From assembly GCA_000997475.1 (NCBI GenBank), contig LCEC01000001.1, positions 375-64,374 of the forward strand: DNA of 64,000 bases. The letters are read 5' to 3'. A program made the position numbers and the translations under genes. The notes below the pieces were generated by a model. It was not told where the DNA came from and did not search any database. It saw only the letters and a program-made list of their open reading frames with translations. Below, piece by piece: positions 27,746-36,251 of this stretch. Position 1 is the first letter of the stretch; every line of letters begins with the position of its first letter. The stretch comes from Parcubacteria group bacterium GW2011_GWB1_42_6. GTDB lineage: Bacteria; Patescibacteriota; Minisyncoccia; Portnoybacterales; GWB1-42-6.

Positions 27746-27824
27746 TGCGCAAAAATGGATTGTTGATGTATAATATAAATGTCGCTCTATTTATAAAGCG
27801 AAAATAAACTTTAAATAAAAAAAT

Positions 27825-28760
27825 ATGATGAATCCAGAATCAAATTTAGGCATTCCCGAGAATGTCCAAGCCGGGCAGAATTTAGAAAAACGCGAGGAAG
27901 AAAATGAATACAATCCCCTGGAGATATTAAGAGAAAGAGAATTTTATCCCGGAGTAATCGAGGTTGAGGAAGGCAAGGAAATCATTACAGACGAGGATTA
28001 TAAAGCTTGCTTTGAATTTTTGAGGGAAAATATCAAAGACGGCAGTCTTTTGAACTTGAATTTTGGATCCGGCATCACTCATTGCCATTATATGCTTCCG
28101 CTGATTGACAGACTTTCTCATGTCACGGCTTTGGATATCAGCGCCAAAAACAATCAACTTATCGGAGAACTGCTCAATTCTATCCAAGACAAAGGAAATC
28201 CTGAAATAATCGAAGAGGAAGACAAGAAGATGTTGAGGGATCTGGCTCAAGCCGTTTCCAAAGATGAAGATTTTGGAATAAAAGAGAGTGGCGAAGAACT
28301 GCTGGCCATGCTTCACGAAAAAAGCCAGCACGAAGGAAAATCCGACATTATTACCGCCGATATGATTGAAGATATGGAGAAACTGGGTTCAGGAGAGCTG
28401 GTTGGCGATAGAAAATTTGATAATATATATCTTTCGTTTTCTATTTACGCTCGAACCAGAGAAGAACTGGTTGGATTCTTGAAGAACGCGAAAGAAAGAT
28501 TAAACGAAGGCGGAAATCTTTTGATAATAGATTGCGAAAATTATACTAATGAGAGCGGGGAAGAGAAAGAGCTCTTCTCGGAGGATAAGGTCATAGAAGA
28601 AAAATATGGCGAAGTTTTTGATTGGACTTTGGATGAAATGAAAGAGATTCTAAATGAAGTTGGATTCAGCAGCGTTAATTCGCAAATTCGCGAGATAGAA
28701 GCCAAAGAAGATGAAGCGGAAGAATTTGGAACCTATCTTTTCATCAAAGCGCAAAAATAA
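27825..28760 (+). CDS. Hypothetical acidic protein (possible methyltransferase-like fold)
   Basis: 311-aa ORF, very Glu/Asp-rich, with an LNLNFGSGITH segment. Confidence 0.35.
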   Translation: MMNPESNLGIPENVQAGQNLEKREEENEYNPLEILREREFYPGVIEVEEGKEIITDEDYKACFEFLRENIKDGSLLNLNFGSGITHCHYMLPLIDRLSHVTALDISAKNNQLIGELLNSIQDKGNPEIIEEEDKKMLRDLAQAVSKDEDFGIKESGEELLAMLHEKSQHEGKSDIITADMIEDMEKLGSGELVGDRKFDNIYLSFSIYARTREELVGFLKNAKERLNEGGNLLIIDCENYTNESGEEKELFSEDKVIEEKYGEVFDWTLDEMKEILNEVGFSSVNSQIREIEAKEDEAEEFGTYLFIKAQK

Positions 28761-28780
28761 ATTATATTTTAAATAAATAA

Positions 28781-28812
28781 AAAAGAACCGCAATTTTTTG
28801 CGGTTCTTTGGG
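28781..28812. terminator. Bidirectional terminator
   Basis: Hairpin agaaccgca/tgcggttct with flanking A-run and T-run. Confidence 0.6.
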
Positions 28813-28831
28813 GTTTGTATCGCTGCGGGTT

Positions 28832-29251
28832 TTATTCTTCCGGCTGGAAGAACTTATCCCAGAGGAGGTTATCGGAGAAGTGAGTCATGAATTCCGTCAT
28901 GGCCGTTTTGTTTTCGGCGAACGAATCGGGGATAAGGGAGATGACTTCTTCGATTGTCGGCTCTCCCTCAAATTTGATGACCGTATTTTTCTCCTGGCCG
29001 TCGTCTTTGAACATAACTTCCATTGAGACATAACGACCTTTCCAGGTGGAGATGTTGGTGTAGATCCCGAAAGCTTTTTTGCCATCATCCATGAGGATAT
29101 ACCGGAAGTAATTCCTGGAACGATGGCTTCGGCTGTGGCTGGCGAATCCTTCGGGCTTCCTTGCCATCATCCTGTCGATGATGGCCATTTCCAAGCCTTC
29201 CCTTAGCTTTTTCATTGAATGCTCCCTTGGATGAGTTTTATTTAGATGCAA
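28832..29251 (-). CDS. Hypothetical small protein (PEGFA-motif family, paralog of 29353-29808)
   Basis: ORF in a GC-richer island; shares a PEGFA..YF..G segment with the neighbouring gene. Confidence 0.3.
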   Translation of the reverse strand: MHLNKTHPREHSMKKLREGLEMAIIDRMMARKPEGFASHSRSHRSRNYFRYILMDDGKKAFGIYTNISTWKGRYVSMEVMFKDDGQEKNTVIKFEGEPTIEEVISLIPDSFAENKTAMTEFMTHFSDNLLWDKFFQPEE

Positions 29252-29311
29252 AAGGTACTATCTGATTGATATTGGAATATATCATATCTGGTCTATCTTG
29301 TCAAGATGTAA

Positions 29312-29342
29312 TAAAAAAGCCGCGTTTTTTTGCGCGGCTTTG
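29312..29342 (-). terminator. Rho-independent terminator (minus strand)
   Basis: Hairpin aagccgcg/cgcggctt; T-run on the minus strand. Confidence 0.5.
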
Positions 29343-29352
29343 GCGGACGGTT

Positions 29353-29808
29353 TTAATAACCGGAGCAGGCTGTTTTTGCTGAAGGTTTGGAAATGAAATC
29401 CTTCGCTATTCTCATTCCCGCTTCGGAAAGGAAATCCTCCGGAATCGTTTTGAGAATATCATCGCAAGAAGGGCTGTTTTCTCCCGCGGCTGATATTTTG
29501 GCTCCGAACTTTTTTTCTCCTTGCCGGATAAAAAAAATCACGGAGACTTTTCTTCTTCTCGAATTGGAAATTCGCGAAAAAACGGCCAGAACCGTTTCTC
29601 CTCTTTTTTCGAAAAATCTTTCCATCAGAAAATAGCTTTTTTCCGGCCTATTCTTCAAAAAGTTGGCGAATCCCTCGGGATAGTTATAGATCATCGCCTC
29701 TATCTCGGCGATTTCTCCGGAAGAAGCTTTTTCCGTTTTGATTGCGCCCGGGCCCTGCTCTGTTTCGGGAGGTTTGGAAAGAACTTTTTTTAGCGTTCCA
29801 ATCATCAT
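29353..29808 (-). CDS. Hypothetical small protein (PEGFA-motif family)
   Basis: 151-aa ORF followed by its own terminator. Confidence 0.3.
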   Translation of the reverse strand: MMIGTLKKVLSKPPETEQGPGAIKTEKASSGEIAEIEAMIYNYPEGFANFLKNRPEKSYFLMERFFEKRGETVLAVFSRISNSRRRKVSVIFFIRQGEKKFGAKISAAGENSPSCDDILKTIPEDFLSEAGMRIAKDFISKPSAKTACSGY

Positions 29809-29874
29809 TTGCTCCTTTTTGGATTGGTTTATTAAATTATATGTGATTTTCTTTTTTGGATCAATCGGGGAAAT

Positions 29875-29906
29875 TAAAAAAGCCCGCGGTATTTCTGCGG
29901 GCTTTG
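29875..29906 (-). terminator. Rho-independent terminator (minus strand)
   Basis: Hairpin agcccgc/gcgggct; T-run on the minus strand. Confidence 0.5.
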
Positions 29907-29919
29907 GGATTAATAGGGA

Positions 29920-30321
29920 CTACGCCGGCCATTTGGTGACGGACCAATGTTTTCCCTCGAAAAGCTGGTGGCTGAATTCTTCGAAAACAGTGGCCCGGAA
30001 AAAGAGAAGATCTTCAGGTAGGAAGCCGATGATCCGAGCGAACATCCCGAAGGCGATGATGTTCTTGAGGCGCTGGTTGAACTTATGTTCTTCCAGCAGA
30101 CTCTTCGGTATAAAGGAGAAGAGCCAATCGATATCCGCTTGGCTGGAAATACCAATGGGGTATCCTTGTGCTTTCTTGTTGTCAAGACGATATAGAATCT
30201 GGCCGTTTCTGTCTTTGAGCTTTTTATAAACTTCCAGTTCCTCGGCCGGAATGCCGACATATGGAGCGAGCTTGTCGAGCTCGACCAGATTTCTTATCCG
30301 AGCGGCGATGGTCGTATTCAT
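29920..30321 (-). CDS. Hypothetical protein
   Basis: 133-aa ORF in the GC-richer island. Confidence 0.3.
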   Translation of the reverse strand: MNTTIAARIRNLVELDKLAPYVGIPAEELEVYKKLKDRNGQILYRLDNKKAQGYPIGISSQADIDWLFSFIPKSLLEEHKFNQRLKNIIAFGMFARIIGFLPEDLLFFRATVFEEFSHQLFEGKHWSVTKWPA

Positions 30322-30584
30322 TCGCTTGGCCTTGCCCCGGGCGCATTCTTTGAGTTTCTCCTTCGGATTTCAACAAATCTTTCAGCTGTCATATTATCCA
30401 TGGCTTGCTCCTTGAAAACGGGTTTATTTGGTTGGGAACGAACTTCTTTCTTTGATACATAAGTATATCATATATAATCAACTGTGTCAAGGTTTGGAGC
30501 ACAGAACTCAAATGGTTGATTTTTGACGGGATTTTTTGTATAATTCGGGGAGAAACATTTAATTTTAAAGGTAAAAATCCCTCT

Positions 30585-30680
30585 CTTCGAGCCTGTCATT
30601 CGACCCCGAGGGTCTTAGACCCGAACGGGAGGGCCTCAGAGCCTCGAAGGCCCAACCTCCCTTTAGAAGGGAGGAGAAAA
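30585..30680 (+). promoter_or_regulatory. secA 5' leader made of four consecutive GC-rich hairpins
   Basis: gggtct-t-agaccc, cccgaacggg, gggcct..aggccc, and cctccctt-TAGA-aagggagg overlapping the SD. Confidence 0.5.
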
Positions 30681-30683
30681 ACG

Positions 30684-33368
30684 ATGTCCATATTCACCAA
30701 AATTTTCGGCGGGACGAATGAAAAGTCTGTTGCCAAATATAAAACGGTCATTGAAGAGATTAATAAGCTTGAACCGAAATTCGAGTCTTTTTCGGATGAG
30801 GAATTGAAATTGAAGACCGCCCAATTTAAAGAAAGATTGGGCAAAGGAGAAACTCTGGATGATATTTTGCCCGAAGCCTTCGCGGCTTGCCGCGAGGCGG
30901 CCAAGCGCGCGATCGGCCAACGGCATTTTGACGTTCAGTTGATCGGCGGAATGGTTTTGCACGAAGGAAAAATCGCCGAAATGAAAACCGGCGAAGGAAA
31001 AACTTTGGCGGCGACTTTGGCGGTATATCTCAACGCGCTTTCAGGCAAAGGCGCGCACGTTGTAACGGTGAACGATTATCTTTCCAAACGCGACGCCAAC
31101 TGGATGGGATCAATTTATCATTTTTTGGGTTTGAGCACCGGCTGCATCCAGCACGAAAAATCTTATGTTTACGAACCCAAAAAAATCGATCTCAACGAGG
31201 TAACGGTGGAAATGGAAAATCTCAAACAGGTTTCGCGGCGTGAGGCCTATGCCGCCGATATCACTTACGGCACGAACAACGAATTCGGCTTTGATTATTT
31301 GCGCGACAATATGGTGCCGGATTTCAGCGAGATGGCGCAAAGACCTGTCCTCCGAAGCCTTGGCGAAGGGGGAAAACACAACTTCGCCATTGTGGACGAA
31401 GTTGATAGCATTTTGATCGACGAAGCGCGCACGCCTTTGATTATTTCCGCTCCCGACGAAGATTCGGGCAAACTCTACGAAACTTTCGCGCGGATTGTTC
31501 CCCGCCTCAAAGAAAACGAGGATTTTAACATTGATGAAAAATTGCGCTCGGCCACTCTCACGGAAGAAGGCATTGAAAAAGTGGAAAAAATTTTGGGTTT
31601 GGGGAATATTTACACCGAAGGCGGAATAAAATACGTTCATCACTTGGAGCAAGCTTTGCGGGCGCAGGCGCTTTTTAAAAAAGATCGCCATTATGTCGTC
31701 AAAAACGGCGAGATCATTATCGTTGATGAATTTACCGGCCGCCTTATGCCCGGCAGAAGATATTCGGAAGGCCTTCATCAGGCTTTGGAAGCCAAAGAAA
31801 ACGTTACGGTGCAAAAAGAATCGCGGACTTTGGCCTCAATCACTTTTCAAAACTATTTCAGAATGTATGAAAAACTTTCGGGCATGACCGGAACCGCCAT
31901 GAGTTCGGCCGAGGAATTCGGCAAAGTCTATAATCTTGAAGTGGTGGAAGTTCCCACCCATAAGCCTCTTTCCAGGGGTGATAAATCCGATTTGATTTTT
32001 CGCACCGAGATGGGAAAATTCAAAGCGGTGATCCGTGAAGTGGAAGAACGGTACAAAAAAAATCAACCGGTTTTGATCGGCACGGCCTCGATTGATAAAA
32101 ACGAACTTTTGGACCAACTTTTAACCAAAGCCGGAATCAAGCATGAAGTTTTAAACGCCAAAAATCACGAACGCGAAGCTTTGATTATCGCCAAAGCCGG
32201 GGAGCCGGGCGCGGTGACGGTGGCGACAAATATGGCGGGGCGCGGAGTGGATATAATTTTGGGGGGAAGAATTGAATCTCACAACTCTCCCCAACCCCTT
32301 CTTAACTTAAGAGGGGGAGAGGGGGAGTTATCAAAGGATAGCTCTCAAGAAAAAAGTGAATGGCAAAAAAAACACGACTTGGTTGTTTCTTTGGGGGGAC
32401 TGGCGATCATCGGCACCGAGCGCCATGAAGCGCGCCGGATTGACGACCAGTTGCGCGGGCGCGCCGGCCGCCAGGGCGATCCGGGTTCTTCGCGGTTTTT
32501 CGTTTCGCTTGAGGACGATTTGATGAGGATTTTCGCGGCCGATCGCATCAAGGGAATGATGGAATTTTTAAAGATGCCCGAAGACGAGCCGATTGAAAAC
32601 AAAATGATCTCCAAGGCGATCGAATCGGCGCAGGAAAAAATCGAAGGATTCAATTTTGACACTCGCAAACATGTTTTGGAATATGACGATGTGATGAACA
32701 AACAGCGCGAAACGATTTATCGCAAGCGCCGGGAAATTTTGGAATCAAAAGATCTTAAAGAAAAAACTTTGGAAGCGATTTTGGGGGAAGTCAAAAAAAT
32801 CGCCCAATTCCATGCCGCGGGATACAAAGAAGAATGGAACACGAAAGAGCTCAAAGAATCATTGGGCGCGATTATGCCTCTTCCGGCTGATTTTGACGAA
32901 GCGGTTGGGAAAATTGAAACTTCCGAAAATCTGGTTGGCTTTTTGGAAAAACTCGCCGCCGATATTTACGAGATGAAAGAAAAACAAATCGGTTTTGAGC
33001 AGATGCGAGAAATCGAAAAAGTTCTCTTTTTGCGCACCACCGATATGATGTGGATGGATCATCTGGACGAGATGGAGCATTTGCGCGATTCCGTTCGCTT
33101 GCGCGCCTATGGCCAAAAAGATCCCTTGGTTGAATACAAAAACGAAGGCCACAAACTTTTTCAGGATTTGCTGGCTGCCATTCAGGCGCAATTTACGAGC
33201 ATGATTTACAAAGTGACTCTAACGCCGCCGGAGAATCGCCAATCGCGCGTCGCCAATCGCCCTTCGACAAACTCACCACAGGCAAGCTCGGGAAATAATT
33301 CGGTCGGCAGAAACGATCCGTGCCCGTGCGGGAGCGGGAAAAAGTATAAGAAGTGTTGTGGAAAATAA
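30684..33368 (+). CDS. secA: Preprotein translocase ATPase SecA
   Basis: MSIFTKIFGG.. start, DEAD-like motor motifs, and C-terminal zinc-binding CPCGSGKKYKKCCG; the ORF-track N-terminal extension from 30516 is not credible. Confidence 0.9.
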   Translation: MSIFTKIFGGTNEKSVAKYKTVIEEINKLEPKFESFSDEELKLKTAQFKERLGKGETLDDILPEAFAACREAAKRAIGQRHFDVQLIGGMVLHEGKIAEMKTGEGKTLAATLAVYLNALSGKGAHVVTVNDYLSKRDANWMGSIYHFLGLSTGCIQHEKSYVYEPKKIDLNEVTVEMENLKQVSRREAYAADITYGTNNEFGFDYLRDNMVPDFSEMAQRPVLRSLGEGGKHNFAIVDEVDSILIDEARTPLIISAPDEDSGKLYETFARIVPRLKENEDFNIDEKLRSATLTEEGIEKVEKILGLGNIYTEGGIKYVHHLEQALRAQALFKKDRHYVVKNGEIIIVDEFTGRLMPGRRYSEGLHQALEAKENVTVQKESRTLASITFQNYFRMYEKLSGMTGTAMSSAEEFGKVYNLEVVEVPTHKPLSRGDKSDLIFRTEMGKFKAVIREVEERYKKNQPVLIGTASIDKNELLDQLLTKAGIKHEVLNAKNHEREALIIAKAGEPGAVTVATNMAGRGVDIILGGRIESHNSPQPLLNLRGGEGELSKDSSQEKSEWQKKHDLVVSLGGLAIIGTERHEARRIDDQLRGRAGRQGDPGSSRFFVSLEDDLMRIFAADRIKGMMEFLKMPEDEPIENKMISKAIESAQEKIEGFNFDTRKHVLEYDDVMNKQRETIYRKRREILESKDLKEKTLEAILGEVKKIAQFHAAGYKEEWNTKELKESLGAIMPLPADFDEAVGKIETSENLVGFLEKLAADIYEMKEKQIGFEQMREIEKVLFLRTTDMMWMDHLDEMEHLRDSVRLRAYGQKDPLVEYKNEGHKLFQDLLAAIQAQFTSMIYKVTLTPPENRQSRVANRPSTNSPQASSGNNSVGRNDPCPCGSGKKYKKCCGK
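32284..32328. repeat. In-frame GC-rich palindromic insertion within secA
   Basis: ctccccaacccc ttcttaacttaaga gggggagaggggg encodes SPQPLLNLRGGEGE. Confidence 0.6.
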
Positions 33369-33430
33369 GGAGAAAGAAATCCTCCGCCATTCGGTACCTT
33401 CTTTAGAAAAGGAGGAATAAATCAAATCAT

Positions 33431-33697
33431 ATGGCAATAATCAGAAAAAAAATTTGGCCAGGATATTTGGAACTGATTGAATCGGGAAGAAAAAAATATG
33501 ATTTCCGCCTTGATGATTTTGAAATCAAAGAAGGCGACACGATTATTTTTGAGGAATGGGATCCGAAAACAAAAAAATACACGGGAAGGAAAGTCCAAAA
33601 GAAAGCGGGCTATATTGGAAAACTGAAAATAGGTGATTCTTTTTGGTCCGAAGAAGAAATAAAGGAAAAAGGGATTAAAATCATTTCATTGGAATAA
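33431..33697 (+). CDS. ASCH/PUA-like small domain protein (DUF3850-like)
   Basis: IWPGYLELIESGRKKYDFRL.. pattern of ASCH-like beta-barrel proteins. Confidence 0.4.
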   Translation: MAIIRKKIWPGYLELIESGRKKYDFRLDDFEIKEGDTIIFEEWDPKTKKYTGRKVQKKAGYIGKLKIGDSFWSEEEIKEKGIKIISLE

Positions 33698-33728
33698 CTT
33701 TTCTGTAAAAATAAAAACAGGGTTGGTT

Positions 33729-33770
33729 TATAAGTGAGTTATTTACGCTATAGCGTAAATAACTCACTTA
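33729..33770. repeat. Perfect 18-bp-stem palindrome
   Basis: taagtgagttatttacgc tatagc gtaaataactcactta. Confidence 0.8.
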
Positions 33771-33849
33771 TGGAAATTTGAAGGGGACATTCAGAAATAA
33801 TTAAAATAATTAAAAAGGACGGAATTTTTCCGTCCTTTTGCGTTTTTAA

Positions 33850-34435
33850 CCAGATAAACCACCAGCGTAAGCTGGTGAGTGCGTTTAAAAGCGTAGCTAT
33901 TGTACAATAAAATCACCTCGGGAAAGGAGGTGATTTTAAACATGAGCAGAAGCTATCTGCTGTATCAACTCGACCACTGCACTTACCATTGCAGTTATCA
34001 TATCGTGTGGACACCACGATTCCGCGGTAAGGTTTTGGCCGACAACTATATTAAAGCAGAATTAAAAAGAATGTTCAAACAGATTGCCAACTGGAAAGGA
34101 CTAAGGATTTATGCTTGGCACATCGGAGATGAGCACATCCATCTGCACATCTGCATTCCTCCCAAATATTCTATTGCCTACATCATTCAAATTCTCAAGG
34201 GAAAAACTTCTGGCTGGATCAAAAAGAAAACCAAGAAGTTTCCCAAAGGAGTCCTCTGGGCCAGGGGATACTTTGTTTCGACCGTTGGCATCACGGAAAT
34301 CGCCGTGAAAAAATATATTGAAAACCAGCAACACCATCAAATTGAACTTTCTCAATTAAAACTTTGTTAGCCGGCTGGCGTCAGCCAGCAAAAAGATACC
34401 CCCAGCGTTTAAGCTGGGGGTAGTTCATTTTGGCC
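33850..34435 (+). mobile_element. IS200/IS605-family insertion sequence (tnpA only) with left-end and right-end hairpins
   Basis: Y1 HUH transposase ORF flanked by similar hairpins: accagc-gtaa-gctggt at 33861 and cccccagc-gtttaa-gctggggg at 34401. Confidence 0.55.
33942..34370 (+). CDS. tnpA: IS200/IS605 family Y1 (HUH) transposase TnpA
   Basis: YHCSYHIVWTPRFR and HIHLHICIPP (HuH) motifs. Confidence 0.8.
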   Translation: MSRSYLLYQLDHCTYHCSYHIVWTPRFRGKVLADNYIKAELKRMFKQIANWKGLRIYAWHIGDEHIHLHICIPPKYSIAYIIQILKGKTSGWIKKKTKKFPKGVLWARGYFVSTVGITEIAVKKYIENQQHHQIELSQLKLC

Positions 34436-34439
34436 TCTA

Positions 34440-34751
34440 TTATATGAGGCCGAGGATTTCCAACAGCCTCACGACTAACCATTCCCGCAGGAGGAACCGC
34501 CAGCGCGCGCGGGTCCACCATTGGTCCCCATCATGGTCGTAAGGAATTTCTTTCATCGTCGGCATCGGTTTGGCGTTGATGCCGAGCTTTTTGAGCGTCC
34601 GCAGAACCCGTGGCATATGGTCCTGGTGGGCCGCGGCATAAACTTGCGTGTCGGCGCCAAACATTTTTTTCGTTTTTGCGAAAAGATGCATTTGGGCCGT
34701 AACCTCTCTCGTGTCAAGATATTTTTTCGCGACACGATGAAAACGGACCAC
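34440..34751 (-). CDS. Hypothetical GC-rich orphan ORF adjacent to the IS right end (possibly a gene fragment)
   Basis: About 55% GC over 300 bp, in contrast to the ~40% genomic background. Confidence 0.25.
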   Translation of the reverse strand: MVRFHRVAKKYLDTREVTAQMHLFAKTKKMFGADTQVYAAAHQDHMPRVLRTLKKLGINAKPMPTMKEIPYDHDGDQWWTRARWRFLLREWLVVRLLEILGLI

Positions 34752-35085
34752 GAAAGCTGATCCAACTCCAATTCTTTCCAGCGCTTTATTTACTTCCCAC
34801 TGGGAGAGAATGCGAATCGGCTCAGAATAATCAGACCAAAAATCTTAGCTTATAAATCTTTTTGTTTCCCGGGCGATCGCTTCATTGCTTAGCCCGGGTT
34901 CCTCACCCCGCAGATTAAATGAAAATGCCAAAATGATTATCATTGGCAACCTCCAATATTAAGTGTGAAAAGGACTATTCGTATTCGTGATTTTTAATTA
35001 TACTATGCTTTTTCTCATTGTGTCAATAGTTGAGTTTCGCATGTTGAGTTTCGCAATTCAATTATTCAAAAAATCACTGATGAGT

Positions 35086-35118
35086 TAAAATTAAAAGGAG
35101 CGGGGTTTTTCCGCTCCA
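35086..35118 (-). terminator. Rho-independent terminator (minus strand)
   Basis: Hairpin ggagcgg/ccgctcc; T-rich tract on the minus strand. Confidence 0.5.
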
Positions 35119-35138
35119 CATATCGAAGGTTATTTTTA

Positions 35139-35513
35139 TTAAGGAGAACAAAAAAGAGGGAAATGTTCAACCGCCGAATTTCTCACTTCTTTTGGCATTG
35201 AAGCGAGAGAATTCTCGAAATGCTTTTCGAGGAGTTCAAAGATGGAATCTTTTAAGCTCCTGAAGAGTTTGTTTTTGGGATAATTCTCGAACAAATTGCA
35301 AGCAATTTCGAGTAGAGTCTCATATTCTTTTTGCTCCCGATACGATTTCCAGCGAGGCTTTGAATATCCTCTGCTTGAACTAGGAGCAAGAAACTGCATA
35401 CGGACAGATATCATGGACGCCGCCCGCTCTTCCCATCCTTCTTCCGCTCTTTCAATTCTTTCAATAATTTTTTGAATGGCTTCAAGGACGGGGTTTATTG
35501 CTGTTGCTTCCAT
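35139..35513 (-). CDS. Hypothetical protein
   Basis: 124-aa ORF. Confidence 0.3.
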   Translation of the reverse strand: MEATAINPVLEAIQKIIERIERAEEGWEERAASMISVRMQFLAPSSSRGYSKPRWKSYREQKEYETLLEIACNLFENYPKNKLFRSLKDSIFELLEKHFENSLASMPKEVRNSAVEHFPLFCSP

Positions 35514-35604
35514 CCGGCTTCTCCTTCTGATAGAGATTTTTTGCCTTGATATGGAAAGAACTGATTATTGGACAAAGTATCCAATAATTGATTATTATAC
35601 ATGA

Positions 35605-36204
35605 GTGGCGTTAAAGCGTCAAACAAAAATGGAAGAATTGAAAATAATCGTTTTTTTGATGGTTGAATTGCTGGCTTTGAGTATGGCTATTTTTTTGGCG
35701 GCAAATTTTTATTTTTGCGTTCGGGCCGGGGGATGCCCTTATGTGCCCACCGGCAAAAAGAGGATTGGCAGGATTATAGAAGAAGCTGATTTGAAAGAGG
35801 GTTCTTTTGTTTTGGAACTGGGTTGCGGCGATGGATACTTTTTGAGGCGGGCGGCGCAAGAACGCAAAATAAAGGGTTTGGGCGTGGATATTCACGGAAT
35901 CGCGCTTTTGAAAGGCGTAATTTTGGCGCGGTTGGCGAAAATAAAAAACATAAAATTTCAAAGAGGTGATCTTTTCGGTTGCGATATTTCGCGGGCGCAG
36001 GTGATTTATCTTTTTTTAATCAGCGGCGTTTTGGAAAAATTGGCGCCCAAATTAAAAAAAGAATGTTCTTCGGGAACGTTAATAATTTCCCACGGTTTCA
36101 AATTGCCGCGATTTGATAAGTATCTTTTCAAAGAATTGGATCATGGCAGTTGGAATATGAGTTATCAGAGAAAAACGTATTTTTACAGATATTATGCCGA
36201 TTAG
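35605..36204 (+). CDS. Membrane-anchored class I SAM-dependent methyltransferase
   Basis: N-terminal TM helix, then VLELGCGDGYFLRRA motif I. Confidence 0.55.
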   Translation: MALKRQTKMEELKIIVFLMVELLALSMAIFLAANFYFCVRAGGCPYVPTGKKRIGRIIEEADLKEGSFVLELGCGDGYFLRRAAQERKIKGLGVDIHGIALLKGVILARLAKIKNIKFQRGDLFGCDISRAQVIYLFLISGVLEKLAPKLKKECSSGTLIISHGFKLPRFDKYLFKELDHGSWNMSYQRKTYFYRYYAD

Positions 36205-36251
36205 TCTCGGTGGTTGACCAAAATGGATTTTCCCGCTAAGCTTACAATAAT

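Noticed and set aside
30516-30683. N-terminal extension of the secA ORF in the track (MIFDGIFCIIRGETF...)
   Set aside because: It reads through the GC-rich hairpin leader. Canonical SecA begins MSIFTKIFGG at 30684 with an SD just upstream.
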